NCBI GenBank assembly: GCA_965219685.1
Contig: CBDCOH010000002.1
Span: 3,557,064-3,621,063, forward strand
Direction: 5' to 3'
Origin: Candidatus Spongiisociaceae bacterium
Lineage (GTDB): Bacteria; Actinomycetota; Acidimicrobiia; Spongiisociales; Spongiisociaceae
DNA: 64,000 bases
In this document: in pieces, positions 45,005 through 53,594 of the stretch
Layout of the letters: each line of letters begins with the position of its first letter
Numbering within the stretch: the stretch's first letter is position 1
Notes under the pieces: model-generated
What the model was told of the DNA's origin: nothing
What the model saw: only the letters and a program-made list of their open reading frames with translations
Database searches by the model: none
Position numbers and translations under genes: made by a program

Positions 45005-46558
45005 ATGCTCGATTGGTTGCTGACCGGCGGCACGGTGGTCGACGGGACCGGGAGTCCCGGCTTCCGGGCCGATGTGGGCCTGGAGGGGGACCGGATCGCA
45101 GCCGTCGGGTCGCTGGACGGTTGCGAGGCGCGCCGGACTCTGGACGTGGCCGGCTCCGTGGTCTGCCCCGGGTTCATCGACGTCCATTCCCATTCCGAGT
45201 TCTCCCTGCTGAGAGGGGCTGATGTCGATGCGCGCCTCCGCCAGGGGATCACTACCGACCTGCTGTCGCCGGACGGTTTCGCCTACGCGCCCCTGTCACC
45301 GGACCGCCTCGGCGAGATGAAGGCCTACCTCGAGGTGTTCAACGGGGCACCCGAGGAAGGCTGGGAATGGTCGGGCAACGAGGAGTACCTGGCGATGTTC
45401 GACGGTCAGGCCGGCATCAACGTCGTGCCCCAGGTGGGGTTCAACGCGGTGCGGGCCGAAGCGGTCGGCTGGGATCCCCGCCCGGCCGAACCATCCGAGA
45501 TCGACCGCATGCGGGAACTCACCCGCCAGGGCATGGAGGAGGGCGCCCCCGGCATCCAGGTGGGCCTCGACTACTTCCCGTCCGGCCATGCCACCACCGA
45601 GGAGTTGATCGCCGTCGCGAGGGTGGTCGCCGAGTACGGGGGCGTGTACACATCCCACGTCAGGGGCATCCGGGGCGACACCGAGGGCGGGGTCAAGGAG
45701 GCCCTCGTGGTCGGGCGGGAGAGCGGCGTGGCGGTCCACATCTCCCATCTGTTCGGCTCGGACGACCTCTACCAACTGCTCACCGACGCCCGCGACGAGG
45801 GCTTCGACGTGACCTTCGACGCCTACCCCTACATGGCTGCCAGCAGCCACCTGGCCTTCTGCCTGCCCAAGTGGGTCGACCGCGGCCCCCCTGCCACCGT
45901 CGTGGAGATGCTGGGCGATGCGAATGTCCGATCCCGGCTGGCTGCCCACATCGACGAGTTCTTCGAGGCCTACGTGGCCCGACCCGAGAACGCCTTCTTC
46001 TCGTCCCTCCCGCCCGGTCCCTACCAGTTCCTGGAGGGTCGCCCGCTCACCGATGCGGTGGGCACGGTGGGCCCCACCCTGGCCGAAGCGGTCTGCACCC
46101 TGCTGGCCGAGTGCCGGATGCGGGTGCTGATGGTGTACCGGTGGTACGACGAGGCCAAGCTGCGCCGGGCCATGACCCACCCTCGCGGGATGGTCGGCTC
46201 CGACGGGCTGTTCCGCGGCAGCTACCCCCACCCTCGGGGGTTCGGAGCCCACGCCCGGGTGCTCGCGCATCTGGTGCGGGAGAAGGGTTGGCTGGAGCTA
46301 CCCGACGCCATCCGCCGGATGACCTCCATGCCCGCCGCCCGCTACAGCCTGGCCGACCGGGGAGTGATCCGCGCAGGAGCCGCCGCCGACGTGGCCGTGT
46401 TCGACCCGGACCGCATCCAGGACCGGGCCACCTTCGAGAACCCCCGCCGAAGGGCCGTCGGGATGGACTACGTCTTCGTCAACGGCCGCCCGGCCATCGA
46501 AGCCGGGCACATTGCAGAAACCGTCGCCGGCCGGGTCCTGCGAAGATCCACGGCCTGA
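45005..46558 (+). CDS. N-acyl-D-amino-acid deacylase (D-aminoacylase) family amidohydrolase
   Basis: MLDWLLTGGTVVDGTGSPGFRADVGLEGDRIAAVG..VVCPGFIDVHSHSE.. and a family-typical C-terminus ..DRGVIRAGAAADVAVFDPD. Confidence 0.8.
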   Translation: MLDWLLTGGTVVDGTGSPGFRADVGLEGDRIAAVGSLDGCEARRTLDVAGSVVCPGFIDVHSHSEFSLLRGADVDARLRQGITTDLLSPDGFAYAPLSPDRLGEMKAYLEVFNGAPEEGWEWSGNEEYLAMFDGQAGINVVPQVGFNAVRAEAVGWDPRPAEPSEIDRMRELTRQGMEEGAPGIQVGLDYFPSGHATTEELIAVARVVAEYGGVYTSHVRGIRGDTEGGVKEALVVGRESGVAVHISHLFGSDDLYQLLTDARDEGFDVTFDAYPYMAASSHLAFCLPKWVDRGPPATVVEMLGDANVRSRLAAHIDEFFEAYVARPENAFFSSLPPGPYQFLEGRPLTDAVGTVGPTLAEAVCTLLAECRMRVLMVYRWYDEAKLRRAMTHPRGMVGSDGLFRGSYPHPRGFGAHARVLAHLVREKGWLELPDAIRRMTSMPAARYSLADRGVIRAGAAADVAVFDPDRIQDRATFENPRRRAVGMDYVFVNGRPAIEAGHIAETVAGRVLRRSTA

Positions 46559-46707
46559 CCTGAGCCTCTCTGCCTGTATAAGGGTCCTACCTCTGGTCAC
46601 CGTGGCGACCGGCTGTTATCCCAATCTTTTTTTGTATCTCGTAGGTACTCGCCAATCTCCCGAAACTAGTCTGGTCGGGACATGCCGGGTAGAGAGGGAG
46701 GTCACTT

Positions 46708-48039
46708 GTGAGCAGTATGCGTGTTTTGACCGGCCGTCCGATGAGCCGTCGGGCTTTCGTACAAAAGGCCGCGGCAGCCGGGGTAGGGCTCAGCGCCCTA
46801 GGTGCGCTCATGGCCTCCTGCGCCGACGACGACGGACCCGACCGACCCCTCACACCTGCCTTCTACGACTGGATCCTGTCCCTGTTCCCGACCCAGGCGG
46901 TTAGCGACAGTTGGGACCAGGAAGTCAACGTGCAGACCGCTCCCGTGGAGGGCTTCGGCATCGAGCGTTTCGTGGCGGAGGGCGAGGAAGGCGAGAGCAC
47001 CTGGGACATCTACGTCGGGATGACCCCCTTCGTGGAGATGGCCGCCCTGATCGATGCAGGCGTCATCGAGCCCTGGGATCCCTACCTGGCCGACGGCGTC
47101 GCAGACACATGGGTTCCGTCGGTCAGGGCGGAAGCCACCTACGACGGCCAGATATACAGCCATCCATTCGACAGCAGCATCGTGGCGGCCGGGTGGCACG
47201 GCGGTCTGGTGGCGGCGGCGGGCCTCGATCCCGACTACGCCCCGCCCACCTGGGACGACTGGCTCGCTTCGGCGCGCCAGGTGATGGACAGCGGGGCGGC
47301 TCCGTTCGGCGCCACGTTCGACGCCAACGGATGGCGCTCTCTGGCGCCGATCGCCCACTCCATCGACATCAACGTCTACACCGACGAGGGCCGCTTCGAC
47401 TTCACCCACGACGCGGTGATCGAGGCTCTCGAGATCATGAGGCGGCTCATGGAGGTGTCGAACCCGGACGTGCTCGGCCAGGGAGCCACCGACGCCGGGG
47501 CCAACGTCACCCCCGACGAGGGCGCCTTCGCGGGCGAGAAGGCCGCCTACTACTTCAAGCACGCCTTCGGGCCGATCAACATGTCGTCCAAGTGGACGGA
47601 CCCCAGCCAGCTGCGGCTAGGGGCCATCCCGACCGTGCCGGGCGGGTCCGGCGGAACGGTGTTCTGGTCGACCGGCGCCGGTCTGTTCACCTACGGCGGC
47701 AACAAGGAGCAGGCGGCCGAGTACATGCACTACCTCACCTCCCACGAGGACATCCACCGGGCGGATGTCGGCAACCAGGGCGGGGTGGTAGGCCAGCTCC
47801 AGCCCTACCAGACGATCTGGAACGAGTGGCGGGCGAATCCGCCGTCCTGGCTGGCGAGCTGGGCGTTCGCGCTGCAGGACCAGTTGGGAAGGGCGAGCGC
47901 GATCCACACTCATACGGCCGGAGTCACCCAGTTCCAGATCGGTCGGCCCCACTGGGAGACCTACCTCACGGGCGAGGTGTCGACCGCCCGCGAGGCCCTG
48001 CAGGCCGCCAAGGACGCGGTGCTCGCCGAAACGGCCTAG
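46708..48039 (+). CDS. ABC transporter substrate-binding protein (family 1, sugar-type) with a Tat-like signal and lipobox
   Basis: MSRRAFVQKAAAAGVGLSALGALMASCADDD. Two MalF/MalG-type permease genes follow. Confidence 0.75.
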   Translation: MSSMRVLTGRPMSRRAFVQKAAAAGVGLSALGALMASCADDDGPDRPLTPAFYDWILSLFPTQAVSDSWDQEVNVQTAPVEGFGIERFVAEGEEGESTWDIYVGMTPFVEMAALIDAGVIEPWDPYLADGVADTWVPSVRAEATYDGQIYSHPFDSSIVAAGWHGGLVAAAGLDPDYAPPTWDDWLASARQVMDSGAAPFGATFDANGWRSLAPIAHSIDINVYTDEGRFDFTHDAVIEALEIMRRLMEVSNPDVLGQGATDAGANVTPDEGAFAGEKAAYYFKHAFGPINMSSKWTDPSQLRLGAIPTVPGGSGGTVFWSTGAGLFTYGGNKEQAAEYMHYLTSHEDIHRADVGNQGGVVGQLQPYQTIWNEWRANPPSWLASWAFALQDQLGRASAIHTHTAGVTQFQIGRPHWETYLTGEVSTAREALQAAKDAVLAETA

Positions 48040-48041
48040 TC

Positions 48042-48069
48042 GTGGTCCGTCTGCTCACAGACGGACCAC
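48042..48069 (+). promoter_or_regulatory. 12-bp perfect intercistronic stem-loop after the SBP gene
   Basis: gtggtccgtctg-ctca-cagacggaccac, 3 nt after the stop. Confidence 0.6.
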
Positions 48070-48076
48070 CGTCGAG

Positions 48077-49024
48077 TTGATTGTCACCGGTCGGGACAGC
48101 CTGAAGAGGTTGTCCCGACCCAGGACGAGACAGAGCGGCAGGCGGTCCGAGGTCATCCCGTTCTTGGTGCCGGCGCTGATCCTGTTCGGCATCTGGCAGC
48201 TGTACCCGATGCTGCGGGTGGTGGCGCTGGCCTTCACGGACTACGTAGTGATCGGCTCCGCCCCCACCTCGTTCGTGGGGTTCGGCAACTTCATCGAAGC
48301 GTTCGGCGATCCGTTGGTGCGGAGCGGGCTGGCCCGCTCGCTGGTATTCACGCTGATCTTCCTGCCGGGGGCGATCATCCTCCCCCTGCTGGCGGCGGTG
48401 GCGCTGACCCGGGTCCGCTCTACCCGCCTGGCCGGTTTCTACCGGGTGGTCCTCCTAGTCCCGGCGCTGCTGCCCGGCCCGCTGATCTTCATCATGTGGC
48501 GGTGGTTGTACAGCCCGGCCATCGGACCCATCAACTACCTGCTGGTCGACGTGCTGGGGTGGTTCACCATCCATACGGTTCCCAACTGGGCCGGGGATCC
48601 GACCCTGGTACTCCCCTCGATCGTGGTGATGGAATGGTGGTGGGGGATCGGGTACCACACCATCTTCTTCCTGGCCGGCCTGGCCGCCATACCGATGAGC
48701 ACGCTGGAGTCGGCAAGGGTCGACGGCGCCCACGAGGGGAGGGTGTTCTGGCACATCCTGCTACCCGGCCTGAGGCCGATCATCGCCGTGCTGGTGATCC
48801 TGCGGCTCGGATCGGCCTTCGCCGTAATCGAGGAGTTCCTCATCTACGGCGGTGTCAACCGGGCACTGCCGACCTATACATGGACCGTCTACATGTGGGA
48901 CACCGCGTTCAAGGTCGGCAGATGGGAGCAGGGCTACGCCTCGGCGGTGGGCCTGATTGGCACGCTGGCGGTGCTGGCCCTGATCCTGCTGATGCTGCGG
49001 TTGGGAAGGCTGACACGCTCATGA
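48077..49024 (+). CDS. Sugar ABC transporter permease (MalF-like)
   Basis: Six-TM pattern. The EAA-like loop is ESARVDGAHEGRVFWHILLPGLRP. Confidence 0.8.
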   Translation: MIVTGRDSLKRLSRPRTRQSGRRSEVIPFLVPALILFGIWQLYPMLRVVALAFTDYVVIGSAPTSFVGFGNFIEAFGDPLVRSGLARSLVFTLIFLPGAIILPLLAAVALTRVRSTRLAGFYRVVLLVPALLPGPLIFIMWRWLYSPAIGPINYLLVDVLGWFTIHTVPNWAGDPTLVLPSIVVMEWWWGIGYHTIFFLAGLAAIPMSTLESARVDGAHEGRVFWHILLPGLRPIIAVLVILRLGSAFAVIEEFLIYGGVNRALPTYTWTVYMWDTAFKVGRWEQGYASAVGLIGTLAVLALILLMLRLGRLTRS

Positions 49025-49893
49025 CGACGGCCGGCATGCGGGAGGTGGGGCTCCGGGACCTGCGCGCACTGCTCGGTCGGGTGGCGACGCACGCGTACCT
49101 GGTCCTGCTGGTGCTGTTCGTGGCGCTCCCGCTGCTCTGGGTGCTGCTGCTGTCCGTCAAGACCCTCCCGGACGCCTACACCAACCAGATCATTCCCCGG
49201 TTCGGCCTGACGCTGGAGCACTACTGGCAGACGTGGGGAACGATCGGCTCCCTTCGGCGTAACTTCCTCAACAGCGCCGTAGTGGCGGTGGGGAGCATCA
49301 CTCTTACCGTGGCGGCGGCGAGCCTGGTGGCCTACGCGGTGGTGCATCTCCGCTTCCGCGCCAAGGCGGTGGTGATCGTCACCGCCTTCGCAGCACTGCT
49401 GATCCCGGTCCGGGTCTCCGGAATCATCGGCGTGTGGGCGGTCCAGCGCCAGCTCGACCTGCTGGACTCGGTCCTCGGGCTGATCCCGCCCTATTCGACC
49501 TTCGGGCTGGCGGTGGGCTTCTTTATCATGAAGAGCACGTTCGAGCTGATACCGAGGGAACTGATGGAAGCCGCGGAAGTGGACGGCGCGTCGCCTCTCT
49601 GGCGGTTCTGGCATGTAGCTGTCCCGCTGGCCCGCAACGGGCTGATCGTGGCCGGCCTCACACAGTTCATCCTGTCGTGGGGCGACTACCTGCTGGCGGT
49701 GACCCTCACCACATCGTTGGAGTCCCGCACCCTGCCGGTGCTGCTCGCCACCGCCACGGGAGGGATGGGCGCTTGGAACTGGCCTTCGATCTCGGCGGTG
49801 TTCGTGATGGCCTCCCTGCCGGTGCTGATCGTGTTCATCCTCGTGTACCGGCGGTTCATGCAAGGGGTTCTCGAAGGTGGATTGCGGGGATAG
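49021..49893 (+). CDS. Sugar ABC transporter permease (MalG-like)
   Basis: ATGA overlap with the upstream stop. The EAA loop is EAAEVDGASPLWRFWHVAVPLARNG. Confidence 0.8.
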   Translation: MTTAGMREVGLRDLRALLGRVATHAYLVLLVLFVALPLLWVLLLSVKTLPDAYTNQIIPRFGLTLEHYWQTWGTIGSLRRNFLNSAVVAVGSITLTVAAASLVAYAVVHLRFRAKAVVIVTAFAALLIPVRVSGIIGVWAVQRQLDLLDSVLGLIPPYSTFGLAVGFFIMKSTFELIPRELMEAAEVDGASPLWRFWHVAVPLARNGLIVAGLTQFILSWGDYLLAVTLTTSLESRTLPVLLATATGGMGAWNWPSISAVFVMASLPVLIVFILVYRRFMQGVLEGGLRG

Positions 49894-49910
49894 AAACGGA
49901 GGGAAGAAAC

Positions 49911-50780
49911 ATGGATGTACCGGCCGGCCCCAAAATGCTCATCGGATACGACGTCGAGTCCTGCGCGATCGGCGAAAGCCTGAGCCGCATCAAGGACCCG
50001 GCGAACCAGCTCTACGAGGCGATGGATTCGGCATCGATCGAGGAAGGCTGCCGGCGGATCGTGTCCCTGCACCGGGATCTGGGAGTGGCGGGCACGGTGT
50101 TCGCCTGCGGGAAGACCGTGCTCCACGCCCTTCCGACCTTCGAGGGGCTGGTCGATGAAGAACTGATCGATATCCAGCAACACACCTACAGCCACGTGCT
50201 GTTCAAGGAGGACGTTCAACTGGGGGCGACCTTCCCCGCCTCCCCTACCCCGGCCCTACGGTTCGAGGTGCGGATGGCGTCGACGGTGCTCCGGGAGTAC
50301 CTGGGCATCGAATGCGTCGGGCTCCGCACTCCCCACGGCTACGCCTCCGGCCTGGCAGACCGCCCCGACTTGGTGGATGTGATCCGATCCGAAGGTATAC
50401 GCTTCGTCAGTTCCTGGGCGCGGGATCCCGAGGGGAACTCGCCGGCTCCGCTTACCAACCAGCCTCACTGGTACGACGGGGGCGGGGTACTGGAGACTCC
50501 CTTCCAGCATTGGATGGACGTGGCGTGGTTCGAGCTGAAAGGACTCGGCGCTCACGACGAGTTCACCAAGGTGCTGCGGGAGGCGGTGGACTGGATCGTC
50601 GACAACGAGGCGGTATACGGGACCTGCTTCCATGACTGGGGGTTGCTGCGCTACCAGTCGGAGGAGTCCGGCTGGCTGCGTAACCTGGTCGAATACGCGT
50701 TGGAGAGCGGGGTGGAGGTGATGAGCTACACGGACTACTACCGGCAGGCAGAGGCTCTCGCGGGGGGTGATGGCCCATGA
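49911..50780 (+). CDS. Polysaccharide-deacetylase-like (NodB-fold) protein
   Basis: RBS ggagggaag precedes ATG 49911. The assignment from LIGYDVESCAIGE...QQHTYSH.. is tentative. Confidence 0.5.
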   Translation: MDVPAGPKMLIGYDVESCAIGESLSRIKDPANQLYEAMDSASIEEGCRRIVSLHRDLGVAGTVFACGKTVLHALPTFEGLVDEELIDIQQHTYSHVLFKEDVQLGATFPASPTPALRFEVRMASTVLREYLGIECVGLRTPHGYASGLADRPDLVDVIRSEGIRFVSSWARDPEGNSPAPLTNQPHWYDGGGVLETPFQHWMDVAWFELKGLGAHDEFTKVLREAVDWIVDNEAVYGTCFHDWGLLRYQSEESGWLRNLVEYALESGVEVMSYTDYYRQAEALAGGDGP

Positions 50781-51700
50781 CGATGCTGATGGAAGGGATC
50801 ATCACGCCGGTGATCACCCCGTTCCACGCCGACGGGAGCATCGACCGGCCCTCCTTCGGCGAGATGCTGGAACACCTCATCAGCGCCGGCGTGCACAGCG
50901 TCATCGTCGGGGGCAGCACCGGCGAGTTCTACGCCCAGACCCTCGCCGAGCGGATCGAGATGATGGAGTTCGGGGTCGACGTGGTCCGGCGGCGGATACC
51001 GGTCATGGCGGGTGTATCCGCCAGCCGCACCGAGGACTCCATCACCCTCGCCGCGGCCGCCCGGGAGCTCGGATGCGACGGCCTGCTGGTGGGGTCGCCC
51101 CCGTACGCGGCGCCCACCGAGAAGGAGAACGCCCTCCATGCCCTGCGGATCGACCGGGCGGCCCGCCTCCCGATCATGCTCTACAACTATCCGGCCCGGA
51201 CCGGCTCGGACATGGGACCGGAGTACCTGAGCAGGGTTAGCCGATCCCCCCGGTTCCGGGCCATGAAGGAGAGTTCCGGCGACATAGACCGCCTCCACCT
51301 GCTGGCCCGCGAGTTCCCGCACCTCTCGATCGCCTGCGGGGCCGACGACCAAGCGCTGGAGTTCTTCGTGTGGGGCGCCCGGTCGTGGGTGTGCGCCGGG
51401 TCCAACTTCCTGCCGGCGGAGCACATCGCCCTCTACGAGACGTGCGCCGTCAAGGGCGACTACGAGCTGGGACGGCGGGTCATGAAAGCCATGCTCCCCC
51501 TGATGTCCACCCTCGAGAGGGGTGGCAAGTTCGTCCAAGGCGTCAAGTTCGGCGCCCGGCTGGCGGGTTTGCCCGCCGGGGTGCCCCGCCAGCCGCTCCG
51601 GTCGCTGACCAAGGAGGAGAAGCGGGAACTTGAGCGGGTCATCCGCACGCTGAAGACCTCGGTGCGCAGCGCCCTGGACGCGGGGTCCGCCCATGCTTGA
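50777..51700 (+). CDS. Dihydrodipicolinate synthase / N-acetylneuraminate lyase family (class I aldolase)
   Basis: GIITPVITPFHADGSIDRPSFGEMLEHLISAGVHSVIVGGSTGEFYAQT..YNYPARTG.. ATGA overlap with the upstream gene. Confidence 0.8.
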   Translation: MTMLMEGIITPVITPFHADGSIDRPSFGEMLEHLISAGVHSVIVGGSTGEFYAQTLAERIEMMEFGVDVVRRRIPVMAGVSASRTEDSITLAAAARELGCDGLLVGSPPYAAPTEKENALHALRIDRAARLPIMLYNYPARTGSDMGPEYLSRVSRSPRFRAMKESSGDIDRLHLLAREFPHLSIACGADDQALEFFVWGARSWVCAGSNFLPAEHIALYETCAVKGDYELGRRVMKAMLPLMSTLERGGKFVQGVKFGARLAGLPAGVPRQPLRSLTKEEKRELERVIRTLKTSVRSALDAGSAHA

Positions 51701-53210
51701 TCTGCTGACCAGGGACGAGTACGCGGCGCTGTCGTCGGCGATGATCCTGCCCGCCAACGCGTTCGTCGACGGCAAGTTCCGCCCCGCCCTCTCCGGCGCG
51801 ACCTTCATGTCCGCCAACCCGGCGACGGGAGAGCCCCTTGCCGAGGTCGCCGCCTGCGGAGCCGAGGATGTCGACTTGGCGGTCCGCAAGGCGCGGGAGG
51901 CCTTCGACGACGGTCGTTGGGCCAAGCGGGCGCCGGCCGACCGCAAGGAGGTCCTCATCCGGCTGGTGAAGCTGATGACCCGCAACCGACGGGAACTGGC
52001 CGTGATGGAGAGCATCGAATCCGGGAAGCCGATCCGGGACTGCGACGCGATCGATGTCCCGGAGGCCATCGACACCATCAAATGGCACGCCGAGCTCATC
52101 GACAAGGTCTACGACAAATCGGCTCCGGTGGGCGACGATGCCATGGCGATCATCGTGCGAGAGCCCGTCGGGGTGGTGGGTGCGGTCCTCCCCTGGAACT
52201 TCCCGCTGCTGATAGCCGCCTGGAAGATCGGCCCGGCCCTGGCCGCCGGGAACTCCGTCGTGCTGAAGCCCTCCAAGCAGACCTCGCTCACCGCCCTGCG
52301 CCTGGCCGAACTGGCGATGGAGGCAGGCCTCCCGGACGGTGTCCTCAACGTGGTCACCGGCACCGGGACCGGGGTCGGGGAGCCGATCGGGCTGCACATG
52401 GACATCGACATGGTGACCTTCACCGGGTCGACCGGGACCGGTCGCAGGTTTCTGCGTTACTCGGCGGATTCCAACCTCAAGAAGGTCACCCTCGAGTGCG
52501 GCGGCAAGAACCCCTTCGTGGTGCTGGAAGGAGCGGAGGACCTGGACATGGTGGCCGAGCACTTCGTGACCGGCGCCTTCTGGAACATGGGGGAGAACTG
52601 CTCGGCCTCGTCTCGCCTGATCGTCCACCGAGCCGTGCGTGACGAACTGCTCGACCGGGTTCTGGCCCGGGCGGCGGACTGGCGGACCGGGGATCCGCTC
52701 GATCCCGTCAACCAGCTCGGGCCGCTGGTCGACGAGGCCCACCACGACAAGGTGTGCTCCTACCTACGGGCAGGTGCTGACGATGGGGCCGACGTCCTGC
52801 TGGGAGGCGAGTCGCTGGGCGGCCTGTACGTGGCGCCGACACTATTCGACGTCCCGAACCCGACGTCGGTCCTCATAACCGAGGAAATTTTCGGCCCGGT
52901 GGCGGCGGTTAGCACAGTGAACAGCAACGAGGCCGCGGTGCGGATGGCCAACGACACGCCCTACGGCTTGGCCGCCTCGGTGTTCTCCGGGAACATGCGG
53001 GAGGCCCTGCGCGGGGCGAGGGCCATCCGGGCCGGCACCGTCACCGTCAACTGCTATGGGGAGGGGGATATCTCCACCCCGTTCGGCGGCTACAAGCAGT
53101 CCGGCTTCGGCGGCCGGGACAACTCGGTATACGCCCACGAGCAGTACACCGAGCTGAAGACCATCTGGATCGACCTCAGCGACCGAGACCTGGAGGAGAC
53201 GATCGACTAA
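51693..53210 (+). CDS. NAD(P)-dependent aldehyde dehydrogenase
   Basis: ..VLPWNFPLL..FTGSTGTGRRF..LECGGKNPFVV..EEIFGPV.. motifs are present. Confidence 0.85.
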   Translation: MLDLLTRDEYAALSSAMILPANAFVDGKFRPALSGATFMSANPATGEPLAEVAACGAEDVDLAVRKAREAFDDGRWAKRAPADRKEVLIRLVKLMTRNRRELAVMESIESGKPIRDCDAIDVPEAIDTIKWHAELIDKVYDKSAPVGDDAMAIIVREPVGVVGAVLPWNFPLLIAAWKIGPALAAGNSVVLKPSKQTSLTALRLAELAMEAGLPDGVLNVVTGTGTGVGEPIGLHMDIDMVTFTGSTGTGRRFLRYSADSNLKKVTLECGGKNPFVVLEGAEDLDMVAEHFVTGAFWNMGENCSASSRLIVHRAVRDELLDRVLARAADWRTGDPLDPVNQLGPLVDEAHHDKVCSYLRAGADDGADVLLGGESLGGLYVAPTLFDVPNPTSVLITEEIFGPVAAVSTVNSNEAAVRMANDTPYGLAASVFSGNMREALRGARAIRAGTVTVNCYGEGDISTPFGGYKQSGFGGRDNSVYAHEQYTELKTIWIDLSDRDLEETID

Positions 53211-53252
53211 GGCTGGTGGCTGGTGGCTGGTGGCTGGTGGCTGGTGGCTGGT
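53211..53252 (+). repeat. (GGCTGGT)x6 heptamer array starting at the first base after the TAA stop
   Basis: Six perfect units were read directly. Confidence 0.95.
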
Positions 53253-53508
53253 GGCGCCATCAATGTGACTAAGGGCGATTGCGCTGATCGGGGGCAAGTG
53301 ACCTAACGAAGGCCTGCGGCGAAGCGGCAAACCCACGGCCCCGCCAGGAAGGCCGCCATGGTGGCGCCGATGGTGTCGAGGAACAGGGGCAGGTTCAAGG
53401 TCTGCGTGAAGAACCTCCCGATGAGGTTGATCCCGATTGCCACCGGAAGCCTATTTGACGTGTTTGTCTTTTCTTCACCATCCACTTGGCCCTGAGTGAC
53501 GACAAGCG

Positions 53509-53548
53509 GGGGAAAAACGCCCTGCCGCCATCGGATGGCGGCAGGGCG
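53509..53548 (-). terminator. Canonical intrinsic terminator for 53595-55688: 12-bp GC stem plus U-tract
   Basis: The minus strand reads cgccctgccgcc-atccgat-ggcggcagggcg followed by ttttt. Confidence 0.8.
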
Positions 53549-53594
53549 TAAGACGGAAGCCGAGTCTCTGGCCGGACATCGGCGTACCGGCCGG

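Noticed and set aside
53303-53485. A 60-aa minus-strand ORF with ..FLDTIGATMAAFLAGPW.., reminiscent of the first helix of ECF-transporter S components
   Set aside because: Only about one helix is present, the ORF ends near the GGCTGGT array, and there is no start context. It may be a gene remnant, but the support is too weak to annotate.
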